The notes below the pieces were generated by a model. That model saw nothing but the letters and a program-made list of their open reading frames with translations. It was not told the origin of the DNA and ran no database searches. Shown here piece by piece: positions 1 through 39,860 of a stretch of 40,295 nucleotides of DNA (position 1 is the first letter of the stretch; each line of letters opens with the position of its first letter). The translations under genes and the position numbers were made by a program. The DNA lies in contig NC_068988.1 in assembly GCF_001194135.2 (NCBI RefSeq), forward strand, positions 42,257,687 through 42,297,981, written 5' to 3'. The stretch is from Octopus bimaculoides (lineage: Eukaryota).

Positions 1-130
1 TTAAATGCTTCAAGTAACTTGTCTCTAAGTCTCTGTCCGTTTGCAGGGTCTTTAAGCTTCCACACCCTTCTTCTCCAAGCCTGTCTAATTCTGGGCACCC
101 ATTTTGCCTTGATCCCAAAGTCGCTAACTA
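1..130 (-). mobile_element. Short RTE-type LINE fragment (EN-RT linker region)
   Basis: tgcttcaagtaac...tctctaa...ctctg...gg(g/a)tcttta...gcttc matches 37686-37740 in the RTE copy at 36505-37750. Confidence 0.5.
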
Positions 131-329
131 CTAATCTATATATATATATATCCAGGTCTTTAGTCATTGCACCATGATCATACTGAGGCACTATTCTCAA
201 GTATACAGCCAGTCATACTGTTTCAAATGTGGGCACAAGACCAGCAATTACAGGGGGGGGGGTGAATGTTTAGTCAGTTGTATCAACCCCAATACTTCAA
301 TTTATGTCTAACTTTTCTCTCAACACATT

Positions 330-1050
330 TGCACTTTGTTGTATATGCACACTGACGTTGCACATCCGACCAAGCATGCTCCTTTCATTCCTTTCTCGTC
401 TACATGTCTTCAGCATTCTGGGACCAGGTTTCACTAACCATGGAGTATAGCTGTTCATTCACAAGCATCATACAATCCACTTTTCCCTCTGGGAGAGAGT
501 TCTTTTGTTGCCAGCAGAGGTGAAACCTCATTGAACTTCCTTCATCCTATTCTTATTCTAGAAACAATACTTTCAGATCATCCTCCATCATTGCTAATTT
601 GGTTACCTAGGTAACAGAAACTATCCACAACCTCAAGCAAACCTCCTGGGCATTTAGAGAGAGTTTAATACCTGCTGTGTGTCCTGAGTGTACATCTGCT
701 ACATATGAAGATGGCTTTATCCATTAATCTATTTGTGATTCCACTGTGCCTCTTATGTGTCCATAGCTTAAACTAGGTGCACCAAATGGAATTATTACCC
801 ACTCCTTTACTACATATTGAGCACGGCCATTTCCCTGATGGTGAGAGAGTCTTATCTGTTTTCTTCTAACAATATCTTTGGTTTTCACTAGGTTAAATTA
901 AGGCCCTTTGATTCCAGGTTTTGCTTCCATACCTGGATTTTTTTCTTGAATTCTGCAGATTCTGCAATAAGAGCAAAGTCATCAATATAAAGTAGTTCCC
1001 ACTGGCAGCCTGTTTTGAATTTCTCTGTTATGACCTGGAGGACTGATAAA
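330..1050 (-). mobile_element. RTE-clade LINE remnant, distal RT part (interrupted by mariner)
   Basis: ORF 888..1079 gives VLQVITEKFKTGCQWELLYIDDFALIAES (degenerate YADD motif). Downstream sequence encodes EVVDSFCYLG-like and RIRIG-RKF-like motifs. Confidence 0.8.
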
Positions 1051-1052
1051 TA

Positions 1053-2333
1053 TTGGGTTGTCCCGAAAGTTCGTGCCAATTTTTAAAGAAAAGAAAACGG
1101 TCAATAAATACTTGCCATTAAATTTTTAATCAACCAAATATGAACCATTTTGTTGCACAATGTGTCTCCATCTTTCCTTTAACTTGAAAATACCCTCTTC
1201 CCAGAATTGAGGTGGTTTCATGACAAAGAATTCATCAAGGTATCTTTTTACGTCATCCAAGGAATTGAAATTTTTACCATTAAGACTATTCTGCAGAGAC
1301 CTGAATAAGTGGAAATCCGAAGGAGCAATATCTGGGGAATATGGAGAGTGGGGTAACACATCCCAATCGAGCTGCAGCAATTTTTGTCTGGTTCCCAAAG
1401 AAACGTGTGGTCTTGCATTATCATGTTGGAAAACAATACCCTTGTTGTTGGCCAATTCTAGACGTTTCTCTTGAGTTGCTGGTTTAAACTCGTCCAGCTG
1501 TGTGCAGTATTTCTCAGAATTAATTGTCTGGTTACTTGGGAGAAGCTCATAGTACAGAATTCCTTTCCAATCCCACCAGACACAAAGCAAGACTTTTTAG
1601 GGTGAAGACCCGCTTCTGGGGTGGCTAAGGGTGGCTCATGTTGCTTACTCCAGGATCGCTTTCTCTGAGCATTTCGGTAGATAATCCATTCTCATCACCT
1701 GTCACAATTTGCTTTAAAAAAGGTGTGTTTTCATTCCATTTATAAAGCGAATCACAGATGGAAATGTGATCCAAAAGGTTCTTCTCACTCAACTCATGTG
1801 GTTCCCAAACATCGTATCGATTTGTGTACCCAAGCTTTACCAGGTGCTCATGAATGACGGATCTTGATAGGTTGAGGCTTTCTGCCAATTCTCGGGTTGT
1901 GCAATGTGGGTTATTCTCAATTAATGACTTGATTTGGTCATCATCGTAGTGGATTGTCTGCCTGATTGCTCTTTATCAATAAAGCTACAATCTCCAGCTC
2001 GGAACCTTGTGAACCACTTCTGTACAGTTCTTTCAGATAAAGAAACATCACCGTAAACTGCACATATTTCTTTGGTTGCTTGTGAGGCATATTTCCTTTT
2101 ATGGAAAAAGAAAAGCATCAAGTGCCAAAAATGAACTTTCTTATCTTCCATTTTAAAGGGTTATAGAATTAACACAGGTTATAGGAACATAAAACTTCTT
2201 CCACGAAAAGATAGCTTAAACTGTGCTCTAAATGGAGGTGTAGTCAAATCCTATTTTATGGACTCAACCATGTTCTAAAATAAGTCGAAAGGTAAGCTAC
2301 TATAAATCGGCACAAACTTTCCAGACAACCCAA
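1053..2333 (-). mobile_element. Full-length mariner (DD34D) DNA transposon, 1281 bp, TA target duplication
   Basis: TIRs ttgggttgtcccgaaagttcgtgccaattt (left) and ttgggttgtctggaaagtttgtgccgattt (right, reverse complement). TA at 1051-1052 and 2334-2335; size is typical of mariners. Confidence 0.95.
1126..2151 (-). pseudogene. Frameshifted mariner transposase (about 342 codons)
   Basis: Three ORF pieces: HTH region (SERTVQKWFTRFRAG), WEPHEL...TGDE, and MLCVWWD...HDNARPH...YSPDIAPSD. I counted 34 residues between the second and third catalytic Asp. Confidence 0.92.
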
Positions 2334-2335
2334 TA

Positions 2336-2800
2336 ATAGTGGACTGAGAACTAAAGCCTGGTGGACCCCTACTTGTATGTTAAATTAATTACTGTATTTG
2401 TGACTAATTCTCACCCTACTGACAGCACTACTGTACATGGCTTGTACAGCCCTAACAAGCCACTCATCTACTAACTTCCTTAGAGACCATCAGATAACAG
2501 AGCAAGGGACTCTGTCAAAAGTTTTCTCCAGGTCGACTAAAGCCAAGTACAATGGCTTACTTTTTTGCCAAATACTTTTCCAACCATTGTCTCACTAAGA
2601 ACATGGCATCTGTGGTATTCTTCCCTGGTGCAAATCCAAATTGCATCTCATCTAGTTTAATTCTATTCCTAATCAATTGAGCTATAACTCTCTCTGTAAC
2701 TTTCATGACTTGGTCCAGCAATTTGATACCTCTGTAGTTGTTTCTATCTAAGGCACCACCTTTACTCTTGTAACAGCTAACTATAATACTACTACACCAT
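2336..2800 (-). mobile_element. RTE-clade LINE remnant, proximal RT part
   Basis: Minus strand encodes GIKLLDQVMKVTERVIAQLIRNRIKLDEMQFGFAPGKNTTDA, closely similar to ORF 36570..36947. It continues the 330-1050 piece across the mariner. Confidence 0.85.
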
Positions 2801-2869
2801 ATATAACTATAATACTACTATACAGTAAATAATTTAACATACAAGTAGGTGTCCACCAGGGTTTAGTTG

Positions 2870-4040
2870 GATATACCCCCATAGATATTCAAAGCATCAT
2901 CTCATTGGTTGGATAACTTCCTTCGGTGATATGAGCTCTCTCTAAGAAGATCGACAACACTGTTCAAACTGGAGGATGCTGAAGTGATTCATTCAAGTCT
3001 TTCGTTGGAGGCATCGAATTTTCTAAATACAATCTCTCCAATATAATTGCTATGGATGAAATCGCAGTATTTATGGGCCAAGGATTTAAAATGGCAATTG
3101 AACAGACAGGTGCCTTGTCTATCTACGTTGCCTCAACGGGTTACGAAAGTGCAAGAGTTACTTGTATGTTAGCAATTTGTCTTGATGGAACAAAAGTTCC
3201 ACCGCTTATCATCACAAAGGGGAAAAAAGAGAAAAGAGAACAAATTTTGAGCATTTATGTCCTTGAAATGGAAAAGGCTTGGTGCACACAAGCTGTTATA
3301 AGGAAATGGGTTGATTTAACTATGCCACTTGTTTTATGTGGTTCTCAAAGAGGTCTTTTAGTCAGGAATTCGACCAGTACTCATCATGCAAAAGATATGG
3401 AAACCTTCCTTTCTCAAAGAAGAATGACCACATAATGATTCCCGCTGGAATGGCTTCATATCTACAAATGTTAGATCTCATAATAAACAAGCCTTTCAAA
3501 GATTATTTGCAGATAGAAGTGACTGAATATATCGAACATAGAATGGAGAGAAATCAGCGTGGAAACTTTGTCAAACCCAACCTCCATGAAGTCATGAATT
3601 GGGTGAAGAATTCATGGAATAAAATTACCGACAGTTGCATTGCTAATGCACTACGAGCAGGGTACTTGGACAAAATGTGTTCATTTAAGGAAAATTATAT
3701 TACCAAACATGAGAAATTGGGGGTCTATGATTCTACGGGAAATGGATTTGCAAGAATTACTGTCTGAAGTTCGGGATTTGAGGATTTATGTCGATGGTCC
3801 AGAAGAGGACGAAATGTTTGAACTTGACTAAAAATAAGGAAATAAATAAATAAACTTTCGATAACTAAAAACATGGGTTTCCTTTTTATAATTTTTTCCT
3901 TTTACATGAGGACATGAGACTTTTTTGTCTTTCTTGGACCGTTTCCCCCAAAATATAAGACAACCCTGAAAATAAGCTCTAGTGTGTTTCTTGGATGCAA
4001 AATTAATATAAGACCAGGTCTTATTTTTGGGGAAACACAG
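2870..4040 (+). mobile_element. 5'-truncated pogo/Tigger-like (DDE_1) DNA transposon, dead
   Basis: ORFs 3052..3435 and 3336..3767 give AMDE, RVTCMLAICLDGTKVPPLII-KG and IPAGMASYLQMLDLIINKPFKD. The 3' end gtcttatttttggggaaacacag|TA with subterminal ataaga repeats is a pogo-type TIR; no left TIR was found. Confidence 0.85.
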
Positions 4041-4069
4041 TATTTACCTTTAAAAGAAAATCATTGAAA

Positions 4070-4310
4070 TCGGTGTTGTGAAGGACACACTCCAAGACCA
4101 CAGAGCCTCACTTAAGGGTTATGAAATCAACTCCAACACTTGGGAAATGCAAGCACAAGGCTGCCCTGCCTGGCAAAGATGCACCAACGGATGTGCCACC
4201 TCCTACGAACAGAACAGGATTGCAGGGGAATGAAGAAAATGCAAATTACACAACTCCTTGCTTTCGGTCCCAACATACCACTAGTAACCGACCTAACTGA
4301 ATAAGATAGT
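4070..4310 (+). mobile_element. RTE/BovB-like LINE C-terminal fragment
   Basis: Translates as KDTLQ..RASLKGYEINSNTWEMQAQ...W, resembling the KDTLKxSLK...WExxA end of RTE-BovB ORFs. Confidence 0.5.
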
Positions 4311-4338
4311 GTAGCGAGACAGCTAATTACCTTGATGT

Positions 4339-4495
4339 GCTTCTTTCAGTTTCCATCAATCAACTATACTCACAAAGCTTTGGCTGGCTCAGGACTCATT
4401 AGAAGACACTTGCTCAAGGTGCCATGCAGTGAAATTGAAGCTAAAACCATGTGGTTGAGAAGCAAGTTTCTTACTACAAAGCCACACCTGCACAT
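4339..4495 (-). mobile_element. tRNA-derived SINE, family A
   Basis: agaagacacttgc(t/c)caaggtgccatgcagtg...aaccatgtggttg...agcaag.ttctta; reverse complement has A-box and B-box-like heads. Near-identical copies at 5235, 12671 and 15350. Confidence 0.8.
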
Positions 4496-4539
4496 GTATG
4501 TACATACGTACGTACATACATACATACATACATACATAT

Positions 4540-5200
4540 GTATCATGCATGTGATTAGCAGCTGTCCAATAATGTTGTCATGGTACTACCTCCCTATGCA
4601 GCACGATGTTGTTGCTACAACAATTTACAATGCCATCCACAAAAAAGACTGTCCTGAAATAAACTTAGAAAATTCCTCTGTTATGGAAAACATTCATAAA
4701 CACCAACTCAAGGAATACTGGTGGAATATTCCCATCAAAACCTCTGTCAAATGTAAACATAACAGGTCAGATATTGTTGTTTGGGACAGAGGGGCAAAGG
4801 TATGTACCATCATAGAAGTCAACTGCCCTGCAGATATAAGTATCTCTTTGAAAATCAAAGAAAAAGAGGATATCTATGGACAACTACTGCAAAACCTTCA
4901 GCTTCTATATCTAGACTATGAATTCATATTCATACCAATAATAATTGGAGCACTAGGTTTTGTTAGTAAATACTTATAGGAGAATCTGGATAAACTGGGA
5001 TTTTCAGAAAGAGAAATCGACAGACTAATTTGTACATTAAAGTGCAATCTGTGAGTGGAAAGTAAAAATATGCATGACTTTTCTCAAGTTCCAAATGTGT
5101 ATTTGTCTGTGTTAACTACATCCCAAAGATGGAGCCTTGTATCTTTGTTGGAAACTGGCTCCCTCCTCACTGGAAGATTTATAATAATTAAAAAATAGAA
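4540..5200 (+). mobile_element. 3' end of an RLE-type non-LTR retrotransposon (R4/Dong/NeSL-like)
   Basis: The second half of ORF 4332..4979 gives HVISSCP...HDVVA...WWNIPIKT...HNRSDIVVWD...IIEVNCPAD...KEKEDIY...PIIIGALG, i.e. zinc-knuckle end plus restriction-like endonuclease. A small stem caaagat/atctttg (5124-5147) lies in the 3' UTR. Confidence 0.85.
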
Positions 5201-5234
5201 GAGACATACATACACACATATCTATATACAACAT

Positions 5235-5392
5235 GCTTTTTTAGTTTCCATCTACCTAATCTACTCACAAGGCTTTGATAGACATAAAGTTATAATAGAA
5301 GACAATTGCCCAAGGTGTCATGTAGTGGGACTGAACCCAGAACGATGTAGTTTGAAAGCAATCTTCTTCCCATACAGCTACACTGCACCTAT
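5235..5392 (-). mobile_element. tRNA-derived SINE, family A
   Basis: Same sequence as the 4339 copy (gaagacaattgcccaaggtgtcatgtagtgggactgaaccc). Confidence 0.8.
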
Positions 5393-5549
5393 TTTTATTT
5401 TACATTACTTTTGTGTTTTATCTCTTGCTTTCTTCTTATGTTTTTTAAATCAAGTATGGTGAATTCCTTAATTTCTATCTTGCACATTAACTACTCCGTG
5501 CAAGCTATGGACACATAAGAAGTGCAGCACTATCAGTGGAAGGTTAACA

Positions 5550-6215
5550 GGTAAAAAGTCTTTGTGTGTGACAGATGTTCAGGAACAATAAATACTAGAA
5601 AGATACAGAAAATAGACTCCATCAAATGCCAGGGAAGATACTTAGAAGTAGTAGATAGCTTTTGTTATCTGGGTGACCAAGTCAACAGTCGAGGGAATGC
5701 TCCATGAACATAGCTGCTAGAATAAGCTGGGCAAAGTTCAGAGAGCTACCTTTGTTGGTAACAAAGGGCCTGTCCCTCAGAGTGAAAAAACAGTCTGTAT
5801 GATAGCTGAATTTGAACAGCCATGCTACATGGTAGAGAAACATGGGCTTTGATTGCAGAGGACATGTGAAGGCTTGAAAGAAATGAAGCTAGTATACTTT
5901 GCTGGATGTGCAATGTCAGTGTGCATGTACGACAGTGTAAGAGAGACAAGAGAGACAAATGTGCTGGTATGGTGAGTTGCTGTGCTCGAGAAGATTCGTC
6001 AAGCCAAGTGAAATCACAGCTATGGCTCGTGCTGGGGACACAGAAAAGGCCCCCATGCCAGTGACATGTAAAAGGCAACCACTACACTCTTGGAGTGGTT
6101 GATGTTAGGAAGGGCATCCAGCCATAAAAACCAAGCCAAATCAGACTAGAACCTGGTACAGCCCTCAATTTACCAGTTCCAGTCAAACCATTTAGCCTAT
6201 GCCAGATGCTAAATG
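5550..6215 (+). mobile_element. RTE LINE 3' fragment followed by the common tail repeat (family D)
   Basis: LEVVDSFCYLGDQV...RISWAKFREL...LVTKGLSLRVK...MLHGRETW. It is followed by ggttgatgttaggaagggcatccagccataaaaacc, which recurs at 11640, 18880, 36170 and 39175. Confidence 0.8.
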
Positions 6216-6654
6216 ATGATAATAATATAAAAGGCCTTGCAGATCAAAGCTGACCTTGGCATTAATCATCAATAACATCAAAAAAAAAAAAAAAAGATAA
6301 AATGCAAATTTCTTGGTGGAGAACAGAAATAACAGATTTTTAAGAATAAAAACAAAAATTCATTTTATATTGGAATTATTATTTTATTACTATTTCTCTT
6401 ATCCTTCAAATGTGAGAAGCACAATTTACAAGCAACATTTCATTGTTAGTTTATTTGATAAGCTGAAAACTATGAATAACAGTAGGTGATGGGGTACAGG
6501 ACATTTATGCTAACCTGTACCAGTCATTACAACAGAGCAGTCTAACGTTGAATTGATTCACAAATGTATTATATATGTAGGCATCGCAGTCTGGTTAAGA
6601 AGTTTACTTTACAATTTTCAAAGACAACCACATGAAGGAAACATCTGTTAAAAT

Positions 6655-6657
6655 ATG

Positions 6658-6692
<35 letters not shown>

Positions 6693-6747
6693 GTGCTTGT
6701 GTGTGTGTGTGTGTGTATATGTATATATATATATATATACACACAAA

Positions 6748-6799
<52 letters not shown>

Positions 6800-6828
6800 T
6801 AGAGAGATAGATAGATAGATATACACAC

Positions 6829-6878
<50 letters not shown>

Positions 6879-6910
6879 CACACACACAGGCATATATATC
6901 TATGTATGTA
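6655..6910. repeat. Compound microsatellite (TACA)n/(TG)n/(TA)n/(AG)n/(CA)n
   Basis: Directly visible; explains ORFs 6569..6961, 6604..6885 and 6648..6893. Confidence 0.95.
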
Positions 6911-6914
6911 TATT

Positions 6915-7431
6915 AAAAATGGGGAAGGCCGGTTTCCTGTCCATAAAGGATTTAGCTTCATGCATATTGTCAGATCCCAAAAACCTGTTGGCCCAAAACC
7001 TCTTAAAAATATGGAAGGGGAAATGCCTCACTACTCAAAGGTAACAATTGGGAATTATCTCCCTTTACTAATGGCTATCGACTTCTGGCTGTGCCACAAT
7101 CTTGTGGGCTGCAGAAGGCTAGCAGAAACCTCCTGAAATATAAACATGGCCCGAAAAAGTTTGTTCTGGAATTAGGGATGTTCCCTGGTGCAAGTGAGTC
7201 TATTAGGGTTCTTGCATGTACAGCTATGCATAACTTGCAATGCTTCATCTCGTTGATGTAGGGGTCTGAGTTCTTTTCCATGAGATCAAATATGGAATCC
7301 CATCATCTCTTAGTTGCCAGACATGGCTGGCCAGTGATGTTATGTATCTCCTTTCCAGAACTCTGAAAGAGGAACTGTGGTTGGAGAGATGTTGCTTAAA
7401 AGAGTTCGCAGAACATCCAATGTATCTCCAT
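6915..7431 (-). mobile_element. Penelope-like element fragment: GIY-YIG endonuclease C-terminus plus 3' flank
   Basis: Minus strand reads WRYIG-x-S-x-NSFK...HVWQLRDDGIPY...MKHCKLCIAVHAR...GNIPNSRTNFFGPCLYFRRFLLA, with frameshifts. Confidence 0.75.
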
Positions 7432-7687
7432 TGGCAGTTCCTCCGATAGCAACATCACTAACAACAACAACAACAACAGCAGCAGCATTGCCGTCGGCAC
7501 CAGCATTATCAACAATAACACAATAACACAACAGTGCCTCAACCATAACCAGCAGTGGTGATAGCATTACCAATGCTAACACCACCTCCAGTGACACCAA
7601 CACCAACAGTCCCAGCTCCAAAGACAACAATGTCAGCTGCAGCAGCAACAATGACAACAACATGTACAGCACCAACAACACACAACC

Positions 7688-7955
7688 ATGGAGATACATT
7701 GGATATTCTGGGAACTCTTTTAAGGAATGTCTCTCCAGCCACAGGTCCTCCTTCAGAGTTCCAGAAAGGAGATATGTGACATTATTGGCCAGCTACATCT
7801 GGCAACTAAGAGATGATGGGATTCCATACACAATCTCATGGAAAATCCTCCAGAACCCAAGCCTCTACATCAACAGGATGAAGCATTGTAAGTTATGCAT
7901 AGCTGAACATGCAAGAATCCTAAAACATTCACATGAACCAGGGAACATCCTTAAC
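7688..7955 (+). mobile_element. Penelope-like GIY-YIG endonuclease fragment (inverted partner of 7170-7431)
   Basis: ORF 7662 gives WRYIGYSGNSFKECLSSHRSSFR...YIWQLRDDGIPYTISWKIL...CKLCIAEHARIL...GNILN, then runs into (TA)n and an N gap. Confidence 0.8.
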
Positions 7956-8821
7956 TATATATATATATATATATATATATNNNNNNNNNNNNNNNNNNNN
8001 NNNNNNNNNNNNNNNNNNNNNNNNNNNNNNNNNNNNNNNNNNNNNNNNNNNNNNNNNNNNNNNNNNNNNNNNNNNNNNNNNNNNNNNNNNNNNNNNNNNN
8101 NNNNNNNNNNNNNNNNNNNNNNNNNNNNNNNNNNNNNNNNNNNNNNNNNNNNNNNNNNNNNNNNNNNNNNNNNNNNNNNNNNNNNNNNNNNNNNNNNNNN
8201 NNNNNNNNNNNNNNNNNNNNNNNNNNNNNNNNNNNNNNNNNNNNNNNNNNNNNNNNNNNNNNNNNNNNNNNNNNNNNNNNNNNNNNNNNNNNNNNNNNNN
8301 NNNNNNNNNNNNNNNNNNNNNNNNNNNNNNNNNNNNNNNNNNNNNNNNNNNNNNNNNNNNNNNNNNNNNNNNNNNNNNNNNNNNNNNNNNNNNNNNNNNN
8401 NNNNNNNNNNNNNNNNNNNNNNNNNNNNNNNNNNNNNNNNNNNNNNNNNNNNNNNNNNNNNNNNNNNNNNNNNNNNNNNNNNNNNNNNNNNNNNNNNNNN
8501 NNNNNNNNNNNNNNNNNNNNNNNNNNNNNNNNNNNNNNNNNNNNNNNNNNNNNNNNNNNNNNNNNNNNNNNNNNNNNNNNNNNNNNNNNNNNNNNNNNNN
8601 NNNNNNNNNNNNNNNNNNNNNNNNNNNNCTGGCTACTAGAAATACACTAGTTAATGCCACACACATACACACATCCATATTTACACATCCTTCTGACTGT
8701 ATATCACTCACTGTACACATCCTGTTCAATAATCCATACACATATACATACCTTCACAAATATTTATTCCCTGCCTTACCAAGGCTTGCAGATAAGAGCA
8801 GTGTTAATGTTACGAATTAAC

Positions 8822-9035
8822 ATTAAGTCAGAATCATTAGCACACTGAGTGAAATGCTTAGAGGCATTTCCTCTCTCTTTATGTTCTGAGTTCAAATTTT
8901 GCAGATGCTGACTTTGTCTTTCGTCATTTCAGGTTCTATAAAGTAAGTACCAGTTGAACACTGGGGCTCACGTAATTGACTTACATCCTACCCTGAACTT
9001 GCTGGCCTTGTGCCTAAATTTGAAATCAATATTAC
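8822..9035 (+). mobile_element. tRNA-derived SINE, family C (probably in the 3' UTR or just downstream of the gene)
   Basis: cagaatcattagcac...gttctgagttcaaat...actttgtctttc...aagtaccagttgaacactgggg...tgtgcctaaatttgaaat; related copy at 32865. Confidence 0.7.
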
Positions 9036-9125
9036 TGACTAACCTTACACATTCTTCCAACTAATTCACACGCAAGTATTGATGCATACACACACAATAG
9101 CCATCCCTTGCTTCAGCAATGCTAT

Positions 9126-37959
<28,834 letters not shown>

Positions 37960-38035
37960 CTGGAAGAGAACAGAAATTTTGAAGATGATGACAGTGATGA
38001 TGATGATGAAAACAACAACAATGATGATAATAATC

Positions 38036-38750
38036 TTTTATTCATAAACCAATGAGGGTTCATTTAAAAAACTGGAGATGGTATAGGTCAATACAATACA
38101 AATAAAGTGGGACTCAAGCATGTAAATACAGAATAACAATGAAAATTACAACAACCAAAATACCCAAAAGAGGAAAGTGTGTGTCTTCAATCCTTTCAAC
38201 CTGGTCCATCATGTAACCTCTTTCCCTCTTTCGCTAAGACAAAGAAACACTACCTGCCCTTACCAGCCAAAGGAAGGTGGTCTTCATAATGGACTCAGCC
38301 AATAGCCAGATCCATCCTACACATGACAGCAGATGTTCAACATAAACCCACAAGTCAGCAATGCTTGGGCACTGGACAAGGAAATGCTGAACAGTTTCAT
38401 TGCTCTGCACACACCTCAAGCAAGCCCAGCTGATGGCACTTCCATGTCTATAGAGTTTATCCCAAACCAGCAGTGTCCTCAATAGCACTGCCAGGCCAAC
38501 GATTTCTGGAAGTTATCCATAGGCCCTAACCTGAAAGTCTTCCGGAACAGACCAGCCAACTCATTCTCATTGATGCCCAGAGATTTCCCAAGAATGTCAT
38601 CACACTTGTCCACTACTAATCCTCTTTAGAATGCCTGAGCAGAACTTCCACCGACCGCATTGCCCAACTGACAGAGATCTGTAAGCACCTGACAACACTC
38701 TAGATGCCAGGTGCCCTACCTTGATCCAGGACTGAAACTCAGACAAAAAG
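38036..38750 (-). mobile_element. Tx1/L1-clade LINE 3' fragment (zf-RVT-like CCHC region) with AATAAA
   Basis: ORF 38234..38488 gives LLVWDKLYRHG...CLRC...ETVQHFLVQCP...LW. Minus-strand AATAAAA at 38036-38042 is followed by a simple-repeat tail. Confidence 0.7.
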
Positions 38751-39174
38751 ATGAGCAGTGGAAAATCCTGTCTGACAAACAGAGACTACAATCACTCACC
38801 AGCTCACTGCCTTACTCACTTTTTTGTAATAACAACAATAAAACAATAAGGACTGACCTGTGCCACAACTAGACGGGACTTCACAGATTTCTTGAATTTG
38901 CTTTCATTTTCTTTCTTTATACTGCAACAACAACAATAATAAAATTTCCTCAGAAAGTATATGATTACAAGTTTATAGAGATGAGAATATAGTTGATTGA
39001 ACTGAACTCAATATATAACTGGTACTTGCACTATCAAGCTCAGCTCCCAGGGAGATGAAATGCAAATCTAACCACTTGAGGTATCATTAATCTCTCATCT
39101 AGCATAAAGCCACCTTTCTCTGCAGTAACCCCAACACTGATAAAGGGGATTGTAGTCTTGTGAGTTGCACAGTG

Positions 39175-39360
39175 ACCTCACTAATGGTGGTGCCTTGAAA
39201 AAAATGACAGTTAATACAGTCCGTAAAGTGGTTGGCATTGGGTAGGGCATCCATGCCAAAATAGACAAAAGAGCCCAATGCAGTCCTCAAATCTGTCAGA
39301 GCCTGCAGGAATTGTCCAATCTATTGCCACCATGAAAGATGGGCATTAAATGAAGATGAT
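39175..39360 (+). mobile_element. Family D tail repeat
   Basis: gtccgtaaagtggttggcattgggtagggcatccatgccaaaa...taaatgaagatgatgatgat. Confidence 0.6.
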
Positions 39361-39489
39361 GATGATGACAATGATGATGATAATAGTGATGCATATTCAG
39401 TAGTCTGAAAGTGAGACCTTTTTGACTACTTCAAACACATTAATGATTACTCAAATTCAGATAAGGAATATAGTTGATTACATTAGACT

Positions 39490-39860
39490 TGTTATCACAT
39501 ATATGGAATGGTGCTGCTGCTACACACGCTAACATCCCTGACAACATCCAAAAGAAGTTCATTCAGATGATTGTCTAAAAAATCCCTCACTAATACACTG
39601 CAACTACTAGTACATAGACAAAATGTTTATTCTCACTGTCTGTTGCACTGCTACTACATCAGCCTCTGCTCTACTGAACCAGCAAGTTCCACCCAGGCCC
39701 ACCTGCCAGAACTATCTCTCCTCTCCTTCATGTTATCCTTATTATATCCCACATCTCAAAACAGAACAAAACACTTTGCTGAGTCTTGTCTACTCAGAAC
39801 CCAGTCTTAGAGGGCCTGCAAAGGCCATGGGTAGAGTTTTTTCTTCCCGTTATTTCTAGC
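39490..39860 (+). mobile_element. CR1/L2-group LINE 3' fragment
   Basis: HIWNGAAA...DNIQKKFIQMI / LTNTLQLLVHRQNV...YY.SLCSTE matches the post-RT pattern HIWxGA...LDRIQK.A...L.HRR.V...YY.G.CS.EL. Confidence 0.55.

Noticed and set aside
7340-7779. Thr/Ala/Val-rich ORFs resembling mucin or membrane proteins
   Set aside because: They are translations of the low-complexity spacer and of off-frame PLE arms; no splice support.
8763-8768. Minus-strand AATAAA as the gene's poly(A) signal
   Set aside because: Plausible position (about 360 nt past the stop), but the hexamer is common in such AT-rich DNA and nothing else supports it.
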